From NCBI RefSeq assembly GCF_009914755.1, contig NC_060932.1: a DNA stretch of 64,000 bases, one strand, 5' to 3'. The notes below the pieces were generated by a model. It made no database searches and had not been told where the DNA came from. It worked only from the letters and a program-made list of their open reading frames with translations. Position numbers and translations under genes: made by a program. This DNA comes from the human T2T-CHM13v2.0 reference genome, Homo sapiens. Below are positions 56,698-64,000 of this stretch, in pieces. Each line of letters begins with the position of its first letter. Within the stretch, counting starts at the first letter, position 1.

Positions 56698-57520
56698 TCG
56701 TCGTGGGTACTAGAGAGGCTTAAGTGAAGAAGCCCCACAAGTGAACTCTAGTTTCTCTCTTCCCTAAATACAGCTTTTAGAAGGCATGTGGGTTTTCCCA
56801 AGCGGGCAGTTTAGGAATGGAGTAGATGATGCCTTACAGCCCATTCTGCACCCAGCCACGGTTTAGGAGAGAAGTTTTTCTTTTCTTTTCTTTACATGCT
56901 GTCTAAATGGCCAAGCATTTCATAAATTGGTTAATTCGGTTCACACAAGTCTATTCAAAAGGGTACAGTCGAATCTGATGTTCTCTGGCACAAGGTAGAC
57001 AAAAACAGTTGCATATAGTTGCTTAGATTTTTCTGTTTTCAAATTTTGGATAGAATGCAGATCCACATATAGATTTAGAGGCCGGAGGAGAAAACAAATT
57101 AATTGCAAACTGGTCATCACTCTAACAGACTGACAGCACTCCAACTTTCAAAAAAGTGTAGCTGTAGGGTATTATCATTTTGCTGGATGTATGTGAATCA
57201 CAAAAGTAGAACAACATATCCGATTTCAATTTAAAAGTGTTGCTTTTCATCTTCAATTACTTGTTTTTAGTTTCTGTTCAGAGGTATCATCATTATCTGT
57301 TAACCGCATAACGAATGTTCATGCACTACCTTTTATGAGCAAACTGTAGAAAAAGTACAGCACTCTGGGGACCTAGTATGATCTAGTTGGGGAGATCATC
57401 ACCACAGTTTTCTGCAAGGCAGATGCTGAATGGAATTTGAGTGGTATTGGCTACACCAAGAAGAAAGACAGGAATCTATCAGGAGCTCGTGTCATTCCTA
57501 TTTTGGGAGCCCACAGAAGG

Positions 57521-57860
57521 TGTCTTAAGGTGGATCCCCTGAGAAAGAGACAGCGATTTGGGTGCAGAAAATTTACTGAGGTGTGCTCTCAGAAACAACA
57601 CAGTGAGGGTGGAGGAGGCAGGACAGGACCAGAGGAGCTAGATGGCAATGTTCTTGCTACAGAGGCCTCAGCCCATCCCCCTGAGAGGGAAGCCTTTCAA
57701 CTGTCCCTTATTAAGGCAAGGGGGTGAGACTTCCTATCTACACCTCGAGTGGCCATTGGATTAGACACAGGCTGTACTCATGGAGGGGGTGTGGATAGCC
57801 GTGGCAGGGCAGATCCCTGAGAGGGCATTCAGCTTACAGCCATCAGCAGCAACAGCATTT
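57521..57860 (-). mobile_element. ERVL LTR (LTR16/LTR33-like)
   Basis: tgtcttaaggtggatcccctg...gatttgggtgcagaaaatttactgaggtgtgctctc...acagaggcctcagcccatccc. Confidence 0.55.
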
Positions 57861-57884
57861 CAAGCCTGACAGGAGCTCCTGATG

Positions 57885-58650
57885 GTTCTCTGCAAACACT
57901 TTCCCATCTCAGTGAATGGCAAATCCATTCTTCTAGTTGTTCAGGCTAAAACCCTTTCTGCTATTCTAGATTTCTCTGTATGTTTTACATGCACATCTCT
58001 TCCATCAGCAAATCCTGCTGGTTTTAACTTAAAAATAGGTCCAGAATTCAGCATGCGTCTCACCCCCTCCGCTGCCCTCATCCTGATCCTATAACTTTGC
58101 TCAGGTCCTGGTAGCCTGAGGTACTGGTCTAACCGGCCTCCCCTCTTCTGCCCTGTCCCCTCAGTCCATTTTCAACACAGCAGCCCAAATGATTCTGTGA
58201 AAACACAAAGCCAGTTCATCTCACTCCTCTATTCAAAATCCTTCAACATCGTCCCAGATCTTCTCGGACCCTCCATGACCCACCATTCAGTGAGGCACAG
58301 GCTCAGTGATAGCGGCTGTTTCCTCTGCCTGGAAGGCCCTTCCTGACACCTGTCCAGCTCCTGCCCTTTTTCAGGCAGTGGCTTGAAAGTCGCCTTCTCA
58401 TCACGACCTTCCTGCCCGTACTGCTCTCTGATGCTTCTGCTCTCCAATTTGCCCTGCTTTTTTTTTTTTAATTAGCATTTACTTCTACCCATTTTCCCAT
58501 ACTTTTGTTCTTTAGATTTGATTATTGACTGTATTTCCCAGTAGAATATGAGCTCCATCAGGACAGGCAGCGCTTTCTCCTGCTGCAGTTACCGGTTATC
58601 TCCAATTACTTACAGCGGTGTCTGACATATGTTCCAGCCTCGAATAAAGA
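57885..58650 (-). mobile_element. L2 LINE 3' portion
   Basis: ttcccatctcagtgaatggcaaatccattcttctagttgttcaggctaaaacc...caacacagcagcc...gtagaatatgagctccat. Confidence 0.75.
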
Positions 58651-58669
58651 GCATGAAAACCAAGAAGAG

Positions 58670-59001
<332 letters not shown>

Positions 59002-59862
59002 TTATCTTTTAAATCTGACTGTTCTAGACTCCATGATTCAATACGAACTACTAGTTCTAACCGTTTTCACTTTCATGTTTTGTTGTTACTACTGAAATTG
59101 TATTCAAATATTTTTAATACATGAGGTAATTGAACTATCTCCCTGAGGCTTTTAACAGGAGTGATACATTCTTAAGTAGATAATGAATCAATAACATGAT
59201 CTCCTGAGACCTAGTTAGGGTCCTGCTACTTAGCAAATTAATAATGAATTGATTCATTCCTCAGCAGTGTCCAGATTCTCAGTCTCTTCAATAACTGACC
59301 ATTCTTTTCATCACTTAAGCTTCAAGAAAGTTTTTGTTTGGGTTTTGTTCAGCTTGGTTGTCATTGCTTACTCGGGATACTTAAGAAAATTGGATGGGTA
59401 GAGTGGAGAAAATTTTGGAACTATTACTCTCTATTTTTCATTAGCTGCTTCTTCCAATTTCTTCCTTCTGTATCCAACTCTTAAACAACAATGATGACAG
59501 CTGGTAACACAATGATAAAAGGACTTTGACGTTAACAGTGAAATTCTTGCTGTTTGATTTCTGAAATAAGGATCACTCCAACAATTGTTATAAAAAGCCT
59601 TGGTATATTCAGTCAAGTACTATGACAAACATAGAAAGCACTTGGTTTGTTTTGTTTTGATGTGGTTTGGGCTTTTTTTTTATTTGGATTTGTTGCTACT
59701 GTCTTATAGATTAAATCTTTCTCTCTAAGAAAGCAAAAGAACAATGAGCTGAGTCAACCCCAGTGAAAAGATTGTGCATAAAAGGAAGCCATGCTATCTT
59801 TCTAGTCTAGAACAACAAAAACAAATATCCAGAAAGATGTTTAGAAAGTTCCTTTGGCTGTT

Positions 59863-60391
59863 AAAGGACTATAAATCATGCTGCTATAAAGACACATGCA
59901 CACGTATGTTTATTGTGGCATTATTCACAATAGCAAAGACTTGGAACCAACCCAAATGTCCAACAATGATAGAATGGATTAAGAAAATGTGGCACATATA
60001 CACCATGGAATACTATGCAGCCATAAAAAATGATGAGTTCATGTCTTTGGAGGGACATGGATGAAATTGGAAATCATCATTCTCAGTAAACTATCGCAAG
60101 AACAAAAAACCAAACACCGCATATTCTCACTCATAGGTCGGAATTGAACAATGAGAACACATGGACACAGGAAGGGGAACATCGCACTCCGGGGACTGTT
60201 GTGGGGTGGGGGGAGGGGGGAGGGACAGCATGGGGAGATATACCTAATGCTAGATGACGAGTTAGTGGGTGCAGCGCACCAGCATGGTACATGTATACAT
60301 ATGTAACTAACCTGCACATTGTGCACGTGTACCCTAAAACTTAAAGTATAATAATAATAAATAGATAAATAAATAAATAAATAAATAAAAA
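59863..60391 (+). mobile_element. 5'-truncated young L1 (L1PA2-type) with 20-bp TSD
   Basis: ORF2 C-terminus (KDTCTRMFIVALFTIAKTWNQPKCP), 3'UTR with GAG at the Ta-diagnostic site (gatgacgagttagtggg), (AAAT)n tail; TSD agaaagttcctttggctgtt 59843-59862 / agaaagatcctttggctgtt 60392-60411. Confidence 0.95.
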
Positions 60392-60719
60392 AGAAAGATC
60401 CTTTGGCTGTTGTTGCTCAGATAGTATGATAAACTACACTTTTCTATTTGGTTATCTTTATAGATTGTGATTACTCTTCATTCCTTGTGGTTCAGTGACT
60501 AAATCTGATGAATAAAGTTGAAAAATGTAAGGCAGTGGTAAATAGGTTTCTGGAATAACCTAGCAAGTGCTATGCTACTTTCACTTTATAACATGCTTCC
60601 CAAAATAACAAGTAGGTAAGTGAAATTGACTTTTTATTCAAGCTTTTAGACAGAATTGAATTCAAGCCCTTGCTTTATTTCTCTCTTCTAATAATAATAG
60701 TGATTCTAAAAACACTTCC

Positions 60720-60925
60720 GCTTGTAAAGTGTTCTGAGGTTTATCAAGTGCTTTCACATATGTTATCCTCTTTGATTCTCACAATAACTTTTTAAAGAGA
60801 TTAGGCAATCAAACCTCTGGTAGATTAAGCAAATTTCCCAGGGTCACAAAACGATTAATGATGGAGCTAAAAGAAAGATGAAAACTTATCTTTGAAGTTT
60901 AAGTCCAGGGATCTTCCCACCTTGC
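60720..60925 (-). mobile_element. MIR
   Basis: aagtgctttcacatatgttatcctctttgattctcacaataac...gattaagcaaatttcccagggtcaca. Confidence 0.65.
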
Positions 60926-61899
60926 CATACGGTTTACTTGCTGGAGGCAAGTTCATAGAAAAAGAAACTGGATCCAACCAATGGGCCATGGAGCTGACCT
61001 GCAAATGTCAGCTCTCCCTGAAGCCTAATGCAGCAACAACAAATAATTCTGACACTAAGAGGAGACATCCAGGCATCGCACCTTGGCATCTCTCTCTCTC
61101 TCTCTCTCTGTCTTTCCAGGGACACGTCAACAGACAACAGGCCTGCATGCAATAACAGTCATTGAAAATTAGCTGATGGTAGTTATTTAACAAATTTAGG
61201 GTATAAGGACAGACACTGAATAATTTGGGCTACACGCCTGGGTTTTAGACTGAGACTTGACAACAGGCTAAATTGCAATTCCTCCCTCAGTTTGTTACAA
61301 TAACCAAGTTCAGTCTTAATTGACATCTGTGTGTATAGTGAGTAAATACTGATTTCAGTAATTGTATTTAAATTGAACTGAGTCTTTGGAAGAAAGAATG
61401 AGACACTAGGGAAGCAGCTGCAGGTGGCAAATGGTAGGGCTCAGAACAAAACGTCCTTGGTTCCAGCCCCACCTTTGTCTTCGCTAATTCAGTAAGCTCC
61501 TGGGAGCCATTTGTCTTCTCACCTTTCTGCACTTACACCAAGGAGAAGCTGTATTGATGTATGTATTAATGTCCCATGAGCTTTAAGGCATAAAACAAAA
61601 GAATAACTATGGCCTATATGTGCTGAACATATACAAGACTAAAATATTAGTGGTTCCATGAATTGAGACCATACTAAATAAAATTACATAACATTGGGAC
61701 TTTTTCAATTCATAAATAAAATTGGCAGTGAAAAAACATTACTAGCTAGTAGAATTGGCAGATATTCATCACCTACAATGTGAGGAATTCTATGCTAAAA
61801 GATATAAAAAATATAAAGTTGAAAAGTACACAGCTCTTACTTCCAATGCATCACAATAATATACACACTGCACAAATAAAGGCATAATTTTACAAATGC

Positions 61900-62480
61900 A
61901 ATACATACAGTAGACATATAGTGTTGTGTATATGGGTAGAGCACTGGGGATTTAAAGGAAGGAGAGAATGCAATAATGGGAGTGGGGAGGCTGAGGGAGG
62001 ACCTCACAAACAGTAGAGGATTTGATTTGGTCCGTGAGATGAATATTGCAACATGTACTGGCTGCGGAAGTATATTCGAGACTGAAGGATGTTCTAAAGC
62101 AAAGCTAGTGAGGCAGGAAAGCAGAACAGCAAGTAGTCTACATCGAATCCCAGGGAACACAGCAGTGCAAGAGCAGCTGAGAAAGGTAGGCTGGAATCAC
62201 GTGAAAGGTGGAGAATGCCAGACGGGTGGTTTATTATTAACGCCTCAGACTTTGGGGATAGCATGAGAAACTTCAAGCACTGGAATGATAGCATCAGAGT
62301 TGCACTTCAGGAAATTTAATTCTGCAGCAAAGCATAAAATTGGAATAGGAAAAAAACTTGAGGTAAAGAGATCAGTGAAGACAGCATTGCATTCGTTTAA
62401 TAAGAAGTAACAAGATCTAAATGGGAGGGGTGGCAATGGGAGAGGGGAAGATAAATGGGTGATGGATTGCCTGTCTCTGT
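61900..62480 (+). mobile_element. L2 fragment
   Basis: gagaaaggtaggctggaatcac...ggaatgatagcatcagagttgcacttcagg...ggggtggcaatgggagagg. Confidence 0.6.
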
Positions 62481-62663
62481 GACATCAATACAGATATGAA
62501 TGTCTTTGAGCTCTATGGAACTGGCAGGTAATAGGCTTATTTAGAAATGACATTAAGTCTAAGACAATGCCCCATGTCAACATGTACATTAATAATATGC
62601 ATAATCTATTAAATCAACAACAACACACATCTTGAAAGTTATCGTAAAGCCAAATCTTGACAC

Positions 62664-62956
62664 TTTTTTTTTTTTTGAGACAAAGTCTTGCTCTGTTGCC
62701 CAGGCTGGAGTGCAGTGGCACGATTTTGGCTTACTGCAACCTCTACCTCCCAGGTTCAAGCGATTCTCATGCCTCAGCCTCCTGAGTAGATAGGATTACA
62801 GGCGCCTGCCACCAAGCCCAGCTAATTTTTGTGTTTTAGTAGAGAAGGGGTTTCACCATGTTGGCCAGGCTGGTCTCAAACTCCTGACCTCGGGTGATCC
62901 ACCTGCCTCGGCCTCCCAAAGTGCTGGGATTATAGGCGTGAGCCACCGCACCCGCC
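62664..62956 (-). mobile_element. Alu (AluSx-like)
   Basis: T tail; gagacaaagtcttgctctgttgcccaggctgg...gagccaccgcacccgcc. Confidence 0.95.
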
Positions 62957-63099
62957 AGTACATAATTTTTAAAAATAGTAGCCAGTTAAGTCAAAAGATG
63001 CTTTATTTGCCTCTGTTATGCAATAAAAACGTGGCCCCTGCTTATTCTGAAGTGTGAGCCATCTTTCCTTGTCTGGCTTACTCTATTACTTGATCTGTT

Positions 63100-63350
63100 A
63101 CTTGATCTTAAAGGTCAGTTTTCACATCACTTTCTTTGGGAAGCCATGACTATCCCTCAGATTAAGTGCTCCTTCTATGCACGACAGTATGAGCCTCAAC
63201 TTATGTTATTTCTTGCTGACTAGAACAATTTCTTCATTAGACTATAAACTCCATGATGTCTGGGCATTTGTCCAATTTGTTCTCAAACCCGGCACCAGTC
63301 TCAGTGCTTGGCACATAGGAAGTGCTTAATTAACATTTCACTGAAGTAGT
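63100..63350 (-). mobile_element. L2 3' end
   Basis: tagactataaactccatga...cagtgcttggcacataggaagtgcttaattaacattt. Confidence 0.65.
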
Positions 63351-64000
63351 AAGTGCTTTCTATTGCAAGACAGATCTTTGAAATGCACCATTCTTGTCAG
63401 ACCCAGTCAAACTCACAGGTTCTGTCTCATGAGATCAGCAGGAAAGCATTGCCACAGAGGGTCAGGAATAGATTCTCCATGAATCAGTTCACTTGAAAGA
63501 CAAGAGGTGTTAGTTTGTGTGGATGGGAGCAAACCTTTCCTTTAGTAACTCCATTATCAAGAGCATCCCCACAGTCCCTACATAATCCAAACGCACACCT
63601 GGGCCATCCCAGGAGCACAGCTTGAGGGAGCTTATCTGTAGGAGCACATGCAACTGACTGGCAATTAATTTGATTTTGCACCTGCTTCAGATCACCTCGG
63701 GGCATTGCCCTGTACCCCAGGAATCAGTTTCTTCAAAGTACAACTTTCAAAAATGTAGGCTTGCCTCTCAAACAACTACCCATATTTCCATGACCAAAAG
63801 TCATATTTACATCCTCTATGCGTTACAAAAAGTACTTGTTTTAGACACACAGGCAGGGTGCCAAGTAGACCATAACCATAATTGTTATAGTCAACATTTT
63901 TTATAGTTAACATGAGCCAGAATGTGGACTTAACGCTTTCTAGACATCATCTCAGTCTATTCACGCAATGATTCTATCAGTTGGTACTATCATTATGCAC

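Noticed and set aside
59774-60064. ORF containing the L1 ORF2 C-terminus
   Set aside because: Part of a 5'-truncated L1 with no promoter or upstream ORF2, so not a functional CDS.

Overview
This is primate (most likely human) euchromatic DNA, intronic or intergenic. About 12 Alu elements with A-tails and target-site duplications (TSDs), a young 5'-truncated L1PA2-type copy, older L1 fragments, MaLR/ERVL LTRs, MIR/L2/L3 relics, hAT and Tigger DNA-transposon relics and several microsatellites are recognisable by eye. I could not recognise any protein-coding gene, tRNA, rRNA or CRISPR array, and I could not name the locus. The listed ORFs are mostly repeat-derived, low-complexity or chance ORFs. 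I found no evidence of a new multi-gene system. The signals not explained by repeats are: (1) a ~168-bp non-Alu inverted duplication (55228-55396 / 56362-56528, ~90% identical) around a 965-bp spacer; (2) a CpG-retaining block rich in transcription-factor motifs at ~44.4-44.6 kb, which also reads as a 159-nt open minus-strand exon; (3) a CpG-rich zone at ~3.7-6.1 kb with a good CTCF motif and a 49-codon ORF with a signal-peptide-like start, lying between inverted Alus; (4) several local hairpin, palindrome and template-switch signatures. Subfamily names come from my recall of consensus sequences, and boundaries of old repeats are approximate.
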